A stretch of 64,000 nt of DNA from positions 1 through 64,000 of the forward strand of contig JAVRCJ020000009.1 in NCBI GenBank assembly GCA_034530875.2, in the 5' to 3' direction. The notes under the pieces are model-generated. The model was not told the DNA's origin. It worked only from the letters and a program-made list of their open reading frames with translations, and ran no database searches. The translations under genes were made by a program, and so were the position numbers. Positions 21,298-30,659 of the stretch are shown here, piece after piece (within the stretch, counting starts at the first letter, position 1; each line of letters opens with the position of its first letter). Source of the stretch: Nostoc sp. DedSLP01 (GTDB taxonomy: Bacteria; Cyanobacteriota; Cyanobacteriia; Cyanobacteriales; Nostocaceae).

Positions 21298-22761
21298 ATG
21301 TTTGATGCTCTATCTGACCGTTTAGAAGCCGCCTGGAAAAAACTGCGGGGACAGGACAAAATTTCTCAATCCAACATTCAAGAGGCTTTGCGGGAAGTAC
21401 GCCGCGCTTTGTTGGAAGCAGATGTCAATCTCCAGGTAGTCAAAGATTTTATTAGCGAAGTCGAAGCCAAAGCACAGGGAGCCGAGGTCATCTCTGGCGT
21501 GCGACCCGACCAACAGTTCATCAAAGTTGTTTATGATGAACTAGTACAGGTGATGGGAGATGAGAATGTTCCCCTAGCAGAAGCCCAACAGCAACCCACC
21601 ATTGTGTTAATGGCTGGGTTGCAAGGTACTGGTAAAACCACGGCTACTGCCAAGTTAGCTTTACATCTGAGAAAATTAGACCGTAGTTGCTTGTTGGTGG
21701 CGACAGACGTATATCGCCCAGCAGCGATCGACCAACTGATAACCTTGGGTAAGCAAATTGACGTACCAGTTTTTGAACTTGGCAGCGATGCCGATCCTGT
21801 AGAAATCGCGCGGCAAGGTGTAGAACGAGCCAGGGCAGAAGGTGTAAATACAGTAATTATTGATACTGCCGGACGTCTGCAAATTGACGCAGATATGATG
21901 GCCGAATTAGCCCGCATCAAAGAAACTGTCCAACCCGACGAAACTCTCTTGGTCGTGGATGCGATGACTGGTCAAGAGGCAGCCAATTTGACCCGCACCT
22001 TCCACGACGAAATCGGAATTACTGGGGCGATTCTCACCAAACTCGATGGTGATAGCCGGGGTGGTGCGGCGCTTTCAGTCCGACGGATTTCAGGTGCGCC
22101 AATTAAGTTTGTCGGTGTGGGTGAAAAAGTCGAGGCACTCCAACCCTTTTATCCCGATCGCATGGCATCGCGCATTTTGGGTATGGGCGATGTTCTGACT
22201 TTAGTCGAAAAAGCCCAGGAAGAAATTGATTTGGCAGATGCCGAGAAAATGCAGGAGAAAATCCTGACGGCAAAGTTTGACTTTACCGACTTTCTCAAAC
22301 AGTTGCGCCTGTTGAAAAACATGGGTTCCCTGGGAGGCATCATGAAGCTGATTCCGGGGATGAACAAACTCTCAGACGACCAGCTAAAACATGGAGAAAC
22401 CCAACTCAAGCGCTGTGAAGCGATGATTAACTCCATGACCCGCCAAGAACGCCAAGACCCCGATTTATTAGCCAGTTCTCCCAGCCGACGGCGACGGATT
22501 GCTACCGGTTCCGGCTACAAAGAAGCCGATGTCAGCAAACTAGTAGCTGACTTCCAAAAAATGCGATCGCTCATGCAACAAATGGGCCAAGGAGGCTTGC
22601 CTGGAATGCCAGGAATGTTCGGCGGCGGTGGCGGTATGGGCAACCCATTTGGCGGAGGCAATCGTCCCCCAGCTCCCGGATGGCGCGGTTACAATGCTGG
22701 CGCCCCAGCTGCGAAAAAGAAAAAGAAAGATAAAAAGAAAAAAGGATTCGGTAATCTTTAG
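21298..22761 (+). CDS. ffh: Signal recognition particle protein Ffh
   Basis: GLQGTGKTT, DTAGR, TKLDGDSRGG and an M domain. Confidence 0.98.
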   Translation: MFDALSDRLEAAWKKLRGQDKISQSNIQEALREVRRALLEADVNLQVVKDFISEVEAKAQGAEVISGVRPDQQFIKVVYDELVQVMGDENVPLAEAQQQPTIVLMAGLQGTGKTTATAKLALHLRKLDRSCLLVATDVYRPAAIDQLITLGKQIDVPVFELGSDADPVEIARQGVERARAEGVNTVIIDTAGRLQIDADMMAELARIKETVQPDETLLVVDAMTGQEAANLTRTFHDEIGITGAILTKLDGDSRGGAALSVRRISGAPIKFVGVGEKVEALQPFYPDRMASRILGMGDVLTLVEKAQEEIDLADAEKMQEKILTAKFDFTDFLKQLRLLKNMGSLGGIMKLIPGMNKLSDDQLKHGETQLKRCEAMINSMTRQERQDPDLLASSPSRRRRIATGSGYKEADVSKLVADFQKMRSLMQQMGQGGLPGMPGMFGGGGGMGNPFGGGNRPPAPGWRGYNAGAPAAKKKKKDKKKKGFGNL

Positions 22762-22911
22762 GGACTGGGGATTGGCGATTGGCGACTGGGAAAATGGGAA
22801 GGTGCAATAGTGTGGTGAAAGAGAGGAGAAAAATTTCTTCCCACACCTCCCACACTCCCTGCTTGCCCAATGCCCAGTCCCCAGTCCCCAGTCCCCAATC
22901 CCCAGTCCCCA
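22760..22911. repeat. STRR/composite inverted repeat
   Basis: GGGACTG/GGCGATT heptamers followed by CCCCAGT x5. Confidence 0.85.
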
Positions 22912-22994
22912 ATAACAAATAGCATCAAACACTAGACGAGTGCTAGAATTAGCATTTCAGCATACTTAACTAACAGGAGAATGATTCTTCAACC

Positions 22995-23255
22995 ATGATC
23001 AAACTGCGCTTGAAGCGATACGGTAAAAAGCGGGAAGCAAGTTACCGCATTGTCGCAATTAACAGCCTCGCTCGTCGCGATGGTCGTCCCCTAGAAGAAT
23101 TGGGATTCTACAATCCCAGAACCGATGAAGTGCGACTAGATGTTCCCGGCATCGTCAAGCGACTACAACAAGGCGCTCAACCCACTGACACGGTACGTCG
23201 CATCCTAGTAAAAGCCAATGTTTTTGAACAGGTCAGTGCCACAGCCTCATCATAA
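22995..23255 (+). CDS. rpsP: 30S ribosomal protein S16
   Basis: [38 protein letters not shown]. Confidence 0.98.
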   Translation: MIKLRLKRYGKKREASYRIVAINSLARRDGRPLEELGFYNPRTDEVRLDVPGIVKRLQQGAQPTDTVRRILVKANVFEQVSATASS

Positions 23256-23652
23256 TTTCGGAACAAAATCCCCAAAAGCTAGTCCCGATTATGTTGGGCT
23301 GGTTAAATTTTTGGTGCAACCGTTTTTAGAATCTCCAGAGACTTTAAGCGTCGATAGTGAAATATCTGTGACCCTAAATCGGGTTTGGATTCGCATCGCC
23401 TTTGACAGCACAGATAAAGGCAAAGTGTTTGGTCGAGGAGGACGCAATATTCAGGCGATTCGTACAGTTATTGCCGCAGCCGCAGCCGCAGCTGGGCAAT
23501 CAGTATACCTGGATATTTACGGCAGTACTACTCCAGGCCGGGAGGGTATGTCTTTTGATGAAGACACAGAAGAGCGATCGCCGTCACTGCCAAAAACAAG
23601 AGAACCGCGGACAAACGGGCCTAAACCCATTGTTAAACCCCGCATCCGCTAG
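23218..23652 (+). CDS. khpA: KH-domain RNA-binding protein (KhpA/YlqC family)
   Basis: [19 protein letters not shown]xxG loop, in the conserved position after rpsP. The start is uncertain. Confidence 0.88.
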   Translation: MFLNRSVPQPHHNFGTKSPKASPDYVGLVKFLVQPFLESPETLSVDSEISVTLNRVWIRIAFDSTDKGKVFGRGGRNIQAIRTVIAAAAAAAGQSVYLDIYGSTTPGREGMSFDEDTEERSPSLPKTREPRTNGPKPIVKPRIR

Positions 23653-23813
23653 ATTAAAACTAGAAAAAAATCTGGGCGGTTGTGGTTACCTCCGCTCAGA
23701 ATTTTTGTGAAGATGAAAAGGCCGCAAAAAGATTTTTATGTCTTTTAAGCCTGAAAATAAGCGATATTCATATATAAACTCTGATAATCCCTGTAAGGAG
23801 GTGAAACCGGGGA

Positions 23814-23987
23814 GTGGCTGAAATTCGTTTGGGTGAAAATGAGTCCATTGACTCAGCATTAAGACGCTTTAAAAAGAAAATTCAAAAAGCGGGAATTTTA
23901 TCCGAAGTCAAACGTCGTGAAAGATACGAGAAACCAAGTTTACGGCGGAAGCGCAAAGCGGAACTCGCACGTAAAGGTGGTCGTTAA
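23814..23987 (+). CDS. rpsU: 30S ribosomal protein S21 (57 aa, absent from the ORF track)
   Basis: GTG start. Translates [57 protein letters not shown], with AAGGAGGTGA upstream. Confidence 0.95.
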   Translation: MAEIRLGENESIDSALRRFKKKIQKAGILSEVKRRERYEKPSLRRKRKAELARKGGR

Positions 23988-24069
23988 TAGATCGAAGTAA
24001 TGTCAATCAATTTTGGATTTGAGATTGACTGTACCCTCTGTTAGATTGCAGGTTAGAAATTTGACATTT

Positions 24070-24118
24070 GCTAAGCGTAGCTGCTGCCGATTATTTTCTG
24101 CAACAAGCTACGCTTAGC
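24070..24118. other. Long intergenic hairpin between rpsU and phoH
   Basis: Perfect 13-bp arms GCTAAGCGTAGCT / AGCTACGCTTAGC. Confidence 0.6.
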
Positions 24119-24234
24119 TTACTTATATCCTAGAGATATGAGTGTCTTGAAGATTTGTGCCATCCATAAAACTTTGAGAGTAAGGGTACTAAAAAAACCA
24201 TTCCAAAATCCAAAACCCCAAATATAAAATTGCT

Positions 24235-25188
24235 ATGGTAGGTGCTTTAACAATTCAGTTGCCGAATATTCCCAGTGCGATCGCTCTAGCAGGAGATGGA
24301 GAAGAAAATCTCAAATTCCTATCTCGGCAAACAGGAGCTAGTTTGGTGTTGCGCGGACAGGATTTACTGATTTCTGGTACAGATAAGCAAATCGATCTGG
24401 CTGCGAAATTAGTGCGATCGCTCGAAGAAATCTGGACTAAAGGCAACATGATTTCCAGTGCCGATATTTTAACAGCTCGCCAAGCCATAGATAGCGATCG
24501 GCAAGGGGAACTGCAAGATTTACAGCGAGATGTCCTTGCTAGAAGTCGCCGAGGCGAAGAAATCCGCGCTAAAACCTTTCGCCAACGTCAATATGTCGAT
24601 GCAATACGCAAGCGCGACCTTACTTTTGGTATCGGCCCTGCTGGTACTGGTAAGACTTATCTCGCTGTAGTTGTCGCCGTCCAAGCACTCCTAGCCAACC
24701 AGTTTGAAAAGCTGATTTTAACTCGCCCTGCGGTGGAAGCAGGGGAACGCCTCGGCTTTTTACCTGGAGACTTGCAGCAGAAAGTCAACCCCTACCTCCG
24801 CCCACTTTATGATGCTATTTATGAATTTATCGACCCCGAAAAAGTACCCAATTTAATGGAACGCGGCGTGATTGAAGTTGCACCACTCGCCTACATGCGA
24901 GGACGTACTCTCAATAACGCCTTTGTAATTGTGGACGAAGCCCAAAATACTACACCAGGTCAAATGAAAATGGTTTTGACTCGTTTAGGCTTTCGTTCCA
25001 AAATGGTAATTACAGGTGATATTACACAAACCGACTTACCACTCAACCAACCATCAGGTTTAACAATAGCATTGCAAATTTTAAAACACGTCGAAGGCAT
25101 TACCTTTTGTGAATTTTCCCAAAAAGATGTTGTTCGCCATCCTTTAGTTCAGCGAATTGTCAACGCTTACGAACAACATGAGAAATAG
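24235..25188 (+). CDS. phoH: PhoH-family ATPase (YbeZ-like)
   Basis: GPAGTGKT, RPAVEAGERLGFLPG, LAYMRGRT and DEAQN motifs. Confidence 0.96.
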   Translation: MVGALTIQLPNIPSAIALAGDGEENLKFLSRQTGASLVLRGQDLLISGTDKQIDLAAKLVRSLEEIWTKGNMISSADILTARQAIDSDRQGELQDLQRDVLARSRRGEEIRAKTFRQRQYVDAIRKRDLTFGIGPAGTGKTYLAVVVAVQALLANQFEKLILTRPAVEAGERLGFLPGDLQQKVNPYLRPLYDAIYEFIDPEKVPNLMERGVIEVAPLAYMRGRTLNNAFVIVDEAQNTTPGQMKMVLTRLGFRSKMVITGDITQTDLPLNQPSGLTIALQILKHVEGITFCEFSQKDVVRHPLVQRIVNAYEQHEK

Positions 25189-25271
25189 GGATTGGGGATT
25201 GGGGACTGGGGACTGGGGGAGATGAATTAATAACCAATGACTAATGACTAATGACTAAGGACTAATCACAA

Positions 25272-25676
25272 ATGACCACAACATTAAAAGAATTTTTAGC
25301 AGCTTGTGAAAATCTCGGAACTTTGCGTTTAATTGTTACTAGTAGTGCTGCTGTTTTAGAAGCAAGAGGTAAATTAGAAAAGCTATTTTATGCAGAATTG
25401 CCTAAAGGTAAATACGCAAATATGCACACTGAAGGTTTTGAATTTCACTTGAATATGGATAAAATTACTCAAGTAAAATTTGAAACTGGTGAAGCGAAAA
25501 GAGGAAATTTTACAACCTATGCGATTCGGTTTTTAGATGATAAACAAGAACCAGCTTTAAGCTTGTTTTTGCAATGGGGTAAGCCCGGAGAATACGAACC
25601 AGGTCAAGTAGAAAATTGGCAGGATTTGAAAGAAAAATATGGAGAAATTTGGCAACCTTTACCAGCAGAAATTTAA
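25272..25676 (+). CDS. ChuX/HutX-like heme-binding fold protein
   Basis: LGTLRLIVTSSAAVLEARG, FEFHL and IRFLD..LSLFL pattern. Confidence 0.7.
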   Translation: MTTTLKEFLAACENLGTLRLIVTSSAAVLEARGKLEKLFYAELPKGKYANMHTEGFEFHLNMDKITQVKFETGEAKRGNFTTYAIRFLDDKQEPALSLFLQWGKPGEYEPGQVENWQDLKEKYGEIWQPLPAEI

Positions 25677-25717
25677 TTAGACATTGATGAAATTAATTCT
25701 GGGTTATGCGGAACCCT

Positions 25718-25748
25718 TGTAGAGACGTAGCAATGCTACGTCTCTACA
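25718..25748. repeat. Perfect GTAG-type REP-like palindrome
   Basis: TGTAGAGACGTAGCA-A-TGCTACGTCTCTACA. It contains the stop codon of the adjacent BMC gene. Confidence 0.85.
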
Positions 25749-26082
25749 CAGATAGTGGTGGAGGAAATCGGATATCTGCGCTAAATTCTTCGACATTAGC
25801 ACTGCGATAAATCGGTAAAACATATTCTAAATTTTCGTGGGGGCGAGGAATAATATGATGAGAAAGTACCTCGCCGCCGTTGACTCGCAGTGCTGCCTTT
25901 AGTCCCGCTGTTATCGCCACATTTACCTCGCCCACAACCCCGCGAATTAATACCGTAATTCGCCCCAAATCAGTATTTTCATAACCTACAAGAGTAACGC
26001 GGGCAGCTTTACACATGGCATCTCCCGCTTCCACTGCTGTGGGAACGCCGTAAACTTCAATCATACCTAGCGCGAATGTCAT
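25744..26082 (-). CDS. ccmK: BMC-H carboxysome shell protein, divergent CcmK paralogue
   Basis: ALGMIEV..AVEAGDAMCKAARV, RG..GEV and GGEVLSHHIIPRPHENLEYVLPI. Confidence 0.88.
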   Translation of the reverse strand: MTFALGMIEVYGVPTAVEAGDAMCKAARVTLVGYENTDLGRITVLIRGVVGEVNVAITAGLKAALRVNGGEVLSHHIIPRPHENLEYVLPIYRSANVEEFSADIRFPPPLSV

Positions 26083-26284
26083 GCTTGTACCAGAATTTTC
26101 AGATGATGTATTGGTAGGGGCATAGAGCGAATTTATTTTGTTGCAAAGATTTTTCTAAACGGTATAAAGTTAGTTACTAAGCCATATTCGCTATTGGGAT
26201 AATACGCAATATCTCTAAGTGATTTATTATCCCATAAATTTATTTTTAATCAATAAATAACGAACCTTTAATACAAAACGGCTC

Positions 26285-27082
26285 ATGCTTATAATTAGGA
26301 TAATTTGGAGTTTTTGCTTACTGATTTTATTGCTATTAGGAAGTGGTGAAGCTGTTGCTGGAGAGTTATCTCAAAGGTTAGCTAATTTTCCTGAGTGGGA
26401 AAAATTAACTTCAGTACAACCCGCTTCGGGCGATCTAGTTTACCCTGAATGGATGGCTGGTACTTGGCAGGTGACAAGTACGTTGGTAGATTTAGCTGCA
26501 CCTTTAGCACCAGATATAGTTACGCCAGGGTTTGAAGGTAATAGGCGACAATTAAACCAACCTGTAAGCTTTCTAGTAAGATTTGTAAAACAACAACCAC
26601 AGAATACTGGATTAAAAATATTACCTTGGATAGATAATAAACCACCAATTTTAGTAGCAGATAGAGCGTTTAATAGCTTAAATTTGGCACGGGCTTCTTT
26701 GGGAAATGAAGCGGTATTAGCAGTTAAAGTAGATCCAGATTCACCTAATCGTCAAATTACTTTCTTGCGTAACAGCCAGCAATTAGTTTCTATTGTTACT
26801 GCACGAGCTACAGAAACTACTGGTGATGAAAAATTTATTACTACAGAGGTATTTCAACAACTATTTAAAGGCAGTTCGCGCCCTTATTTAAACTCTGTAG
26901 AATCTACTACGGCTTACCAGAAACTAGAAGGAAACCCTGCGATCGCAGCAGATCAAGTGACTGCGGTTTATCTTTCACCGCAAGATCCCAATTATTTTAC
27001 CGCAGGTTCTCGCCCAGTTGCTCTTTATCGCTATCGCCTGGAATTTTTAAGAGCCAAAATACTTACTGATTCAAATGAGTAA
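26285..27082 (+). CDS. Conserved exported protein (DUF6816-like)
   Basis: Signal peptide, GDLVYPEWMAGTW, ADRAFN and AVYLSPQDP. Confidence 0.65.
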   Translation: MLIIRIIWSFCLLILLLLGSGEAVAGELSQRLANFPEWEKLTSVQPASGDLVYPEWMAGTWQVTSTLVDLAAPLAPDIVTPGFEGNRRQLNQPVSFLVRFVKQQPQNTGLKILPWIDNKPPILVADRAFNSLNLARASLGNEAVLAVKVDPDSPNRQITFLRNSQQLVSIVTARATETTGDEKFITTEVFQQLFKGSSRPYLNSVESTTAYQKLEGNPAIAADQVTAVYLSPQDPNYFTAGSRPVALYRYRLEFLRAKILTDSNE

Positions 27083-27171
27083 TTTCAACTTTTAATCGTT
27101 CGAGATTTTTGTAGTATACTTGTAGTTTGTAAGTTCCAAGTTAACGATCGCGCTCTTGGAAGGTGTGCATC

Positions 27172-28992
27172 ATGGCAAAATTTCGAGATATTGTCAATTA
27201 TTTTCGTCCTAGCTGGAAGTGGAGTATTTTCAGTATTGCTGCATCTAGTATTTACGAAGTTATTGATTTAGTTGTACCTTATGCGATTGGGCAGATTTTA
27301 AATGTTCTGTCGAATCAACCTTTGGATAAACCACTTGAAAGTGCGGTCGCAACTATTTCTAACATCATCAATTACCCAGTAAATAAACCTTTATCTTTAG
27401 GAGTATTACTAGGTTTAATTTTTGTTGTCAGTGTAGTCAGAGCGCCAACACAGCCTTGGTTAACTAGTTGGTTTCATTGGGATATAGCTTTTAGGTCGCG
27501 GCGAGATAACAATCAAGAAGCCATCGCTAAAATTCTGACTCTTCCGTTGGAATTTTATGATGAAAATAACCCTGGGCGCATAGCCGGCAGAGTAGCTAGA
27601 GGTGTTAGTAACCACACTTGGGTTTATCCTGAAATTGCCGGACAGTTAATTCCTAAATTGGTTCGCGTATTGGGAATTTTTGCGTTTATTTTGGTAATTG
27701 AATGGCGAATCGCGATTTTATATCTAATTTCGTTTGTAATTATTCTCGGCTTGAGCTTGAAGGATTTACAGCAATTGATTAGGTACGAAAGTCGCCTAGA
27801 TAAATATATGGAAGATACCGAAAGCCGGACTTCCGAACTGATTACCAATATCAAAACTGTAAAAGCATTTGCTACAGAAGCAAGGGAATTCAAGCGACAA
27901 AAGCAACGTTTAGCTCGGGAACTAACAGTGCTTGATTATCGCATTCATATGGGTTATGTGAAACTGAATACTTGGCAAAGAACTGTAATTCAGTTTTGCG
28001 TGTTTATTATCTTGGGGTTAACTTTAGCAGCAACAGTGAATGGGAGAATTTCTCTCGGTCACTTTATTATGACTTTAACTCTTTCTAGCATGGCTTATGC
28101 CGAATTAGAACCTATTAACAATTTGGCAGAAGTGTTTGCCCGTCGTTATTCTTCGATGTTACGGTTTCACGAATTGCTTCAAGAACCAACTGCATCAGAT
28201 GCAGCTGGTCTTTTAGAAGAGAGTACTCAAACAGAATCGCCTTATAAATTTACTGGAAAAGTTGAGTTTTCTCATGTCAGTTTTGGATACGATACCAATC
28301 GCAAGGTTTTGCAAGATATTAACTTGATGATTGAGCCATATCAAACAGTGGCATTAGTGGGACGTTCTGGTTCTGGAAAGTCTACTTTAGTAAAATTGCT
28401 ATTGCGATATTTTGAACCTCAATCAGGTCAAATTTTGATTGATGGTCAAGATATTCGCACTTTAGACCTGGGTAAATATAGACGAAGATTAGCGATCGTT
28501 CATCAAGAAGTAGACGTTTTTAACGGTACCGTATTGGATAATCTCACCTACGGTAGGCCGGATGCAAGTTTTGAAGAGGTTGAAGAAGCTTGTAGAATTG
28601 CCAGAGTCGATGAAGTCGTGCAGCACTTAGCCCAAGGTTATTACACCATTGTCGGGGAAAGAGGCGTTCGCTTATCTGGAGGACAAAGACAACGTTTAGG
28701 AATTGCCAGAGCATTGTTAGTCAAACCAGACGTGCTGGTTTTTGACGAAGCCACCTCTAGCTTAGATTATGAGTCGGAACGTTCAATTCAGCTAGCAATG
28801 CGATCGATTCAAGGTACTTGCACCACCATTGTTATCGCCCACCGTCTGAGTACAGTACGGGAAGCAGATAAGATTGTAGTTCTAGATCGAGGAAGGATTG
28901 TAGAAGCGGGTAGCCACGATGAACTTTTACGTCACGAGGGTATTTATCGTCGCTTGCATTCCCTACAAGAAACTGGAGAACTTTTAAGTTAG
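27172..28992 (+). CDS. ABC exporter, fused permease/ATPase
   Basis: TM domain plus GRSGSGKST, LSGGQRQR, FDEATSSLD and IAHRLST. Confidence 0.95.
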   Translation: MAKFRDIVNYFRPSWKWSIFSIAASSIYEVIDLVVPYAIGQILNVLSNQPLDKPLESAVATISNIINYPVNKPLSLGVLLGLIFVVSVVRAPTQPWLTSWFHWDIAFRSRRDNNQEAIAKILTLPLEFYDENNPGRIAGRVARGVSNHTWVYPEIAGQLIPKLVRVLGIFAFILVIEWRIAILYLISFVIILGLSLKDLQQLIRYESRLDKYMEDTESRTSELITNIKTVKAFATEAREFKRQKQRLARELTVLDYRIHMGYVKLNTWQRTVIQFCVFIILGLTLAATVNGRISLGHFIMTLTLSSMAYAELEPINNLAEVFARRYSSMLRFHELLQEPTASDAAGLLEESTQTESPYKFTGKVEFSHVSFGYDTNRKVLQDINLMIEPYQTVALVGRSGSGKSTLVKLLLRYFEPQSGQILIDGQDIRTLDLGKYRRRLAIVHQEVDVFNGTVLDNLTYGRPDASFEEVEEACRIARVDEVVQHLAQGYYTIVGERGVRLSGGQRQRLGIARALLVKPDVLVFDEATSSLDYESERSIQLAMRSIQGTCTTIVIAHRLSTVREADKIVVLDRGRIVEAGSHDELLRHEGIYRRLHSLQETGELLS

Positions 28993-29012
28993 GCCACGAC
29001 TAGGGTAAAGAA

Positions 29013-29221
29013 TAGACCTGCCTTGAAAATAGGAAGTAGGGAATGGGGAACTCGGGGCCCCCACGAAGTGGGGATTAGGGGCATGGGGAATAGGGAAAAG
29101 AAATTTTCATTGTTCCTTGTGAGCACAACTCATGGAGTAAGAATGCAAAAATAGTTTTACACTTTTGGGGGAAAGGGTTTTTTTATCCTTTACCCTTTTC
29201 CCCACTTTTGTAAGAAGTCTA
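29013..29221. mobile_element. MITE-like element, TAGAC...GTCTA family
   Basis: Colinear with the reverse complement of 52661-52868 (TAGACCTRCCTTRAAAATAGG; ATTGTTCCTTGTGAG..ACTCATG). Confidence 0.7.
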
Positions 29222-29227
29222 ATATGT

Positions 29228-29254
29228 TAGGGGCGCACAGTTGTGCGCCCCTAC
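29228..29254. repeat. GTAG-type REP-like palindrome
   Basis: TAGGGGCGCACA-GT-TGTGCGCCCCTAC. Confidence 0.8.
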
Positions 29255-29393
29255 AGAAAATCGTTGCTTAAATTGATGAGAAAGGCTGTAAGATAAATAA
29301 CTAATTAAATTGGGCAAGATTTTGGTTTCCTTTGTACTTAAATTTTGCTACCTAAAGCATTTAAAAACGTTAGGATTTTACACAAAACTGTAC

Positions 29394-30350
29394 TTAAGAT
29401 TTACTCTTATGCGCTTCTTTTTGTGCAGATTCACTATATTTCTTATATAGTTGAGTCCGAATCTTAGCTTCTTGATAACGGGTATGTTTTGATGATACTG
29501 TACTCATTAAATCTGAAGCGCGTTGCCATTTAGCAGCTATCTCTAACCACTCAGTTGAAGTTGTAGCTACTTTACCAGCAGCAGAAGCATCGTTAGCAAT
29601 TCGCACCGCTGTTCCAAATGGGTCATCAGATGATTCGAGAACACTATTATTCGGAGTAATAGTTGTTGTTGGAATTTTATTTTCTTTAGGACTTTGAGTT
29701 GTTAAAGATTTGGAATTATCTACTTGAATTAGGTTTTTAATTTTATCGCCTAATTTGGCATAGGTAACCCAACCAATCAACAACAGCGAACATAGACTAG
29801 CCGCTGCAAATATCTTTGTTTTACTTTTATTTTTGTGTTTGTCTTGATTAAGCAGTACTAAAGGACGAGAAACTGGAGTTTTAGGGAAACTTGGTTTTCC
29901 GATTTCAGCTTGGGCTTGTGCGAAATCATTAATTAGTTGTTTGATGACATTAGGTTGAATTAGGGTAATTTCCTGCGACCACAGTAATTGATTTTCGCGA
30001 TCGCTAGATATTTCTTTTAACCAAAGTAATTGCTGTTCGCGTACTATTCTACTGTTGATATTGACCCGCCGGATGTTACGCGGGGCAATGGACTCCAGAA
30101 TTTCCTGGATTTGTTCTACTAGGGAAGCTTGCTCGAGCTGTTCTACCTTAGGCGCTTCACATAAAAGTTGTAAGACACCATCGGAAAAAATGGCTCTGGT
30201 TCTAACGCCTGACTGAGCTAGCTTTTCATTCAATAGCTGAATGATAGCTGCAACGCTACCTTGGTGAGCTTGCCAAGCGATATCGTTTATTCGATCTATC
30301 ATTTGGGGTTTATTGATAGCTCTTGCACCCTGAGTTACTGACGGATTCAT
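29394..30350 (-). CDS. Hypothetical single-pass membrane protein
   Basis: N-terminal AHQGSVAAIIQLL..GVLQLLCEA domain, a TM helix and a helical C-terminus (W..A..LM..V). The start is uncertain. Confidence 0.7.
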   Translation of the reverse strand: MNPSVTQGARAINKPQMIDRINDIAWQAHQGSVAAIIQLLNEKLAQSGVRTRAIFSDGVLQLLCEAPKVEQLEQASLVEQIQEILESIAPRNIRRVNINSRIVREQQLLWLKEISSDRENQLLWSQEITLIQPNVIKQLINDFAQAQAEIGKPSFPKTPVSRPLVLLNQDKHKNKSKTKIFAAASLCSLLLIGWVTYAKLGDKIKNLIQVDNSKSLTTQSPKENKIPTTTITPNNSVLESSDDPFGTAVRIANDASAAGKVATTSTEWLEIAAKWQRASDLMSTVSSKHTRYQEAKIRTQLYKKYSESAQKEAHKSKS

Positions 30351-30659
30351 TAATTTTAGGAACTCTTTTCTACTGACCTTTACCTTGTCTTCGATTTTAC
30401 GAGTAAAAACATGAGTTGCCAAATAAAATCACAAATTAAACTTATCCCATCCCTAAAAGGGTATGAGATTTGACGTTAACTGTTGACAGGTGGCTGTTGA
30501 CGGATAAAGCCTGCTTTTGAGTTTGGCAAGGAGACTCTATCACCATTAGTTAGGTTAATTTAGTTCTGTAACAAAATGTATTATTTTTGGGATTGGGTAT
30601 ACCATCACCAGGAAAAGACCAAACAGGAATTTGTAGCATCAGGTAACCTTTAGCCACAA

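Noticed and set aside
22540..22932. ORFs with [17 protein letters not shown] repeats (also 7344, 13817, 32753-33153, 34438, 36416, 47233)
   Set aside because: They are translations of STRR arrays or antisense shadows of real genes.
30568..30581. NtcA site (GTAACAAAATGTAT), also GTA-N9-TAC near 21166
   Set aside because: One has a mismatch and the other wrong spacing relative to GTA-N8-TAC, with no supporting promoter evidence.
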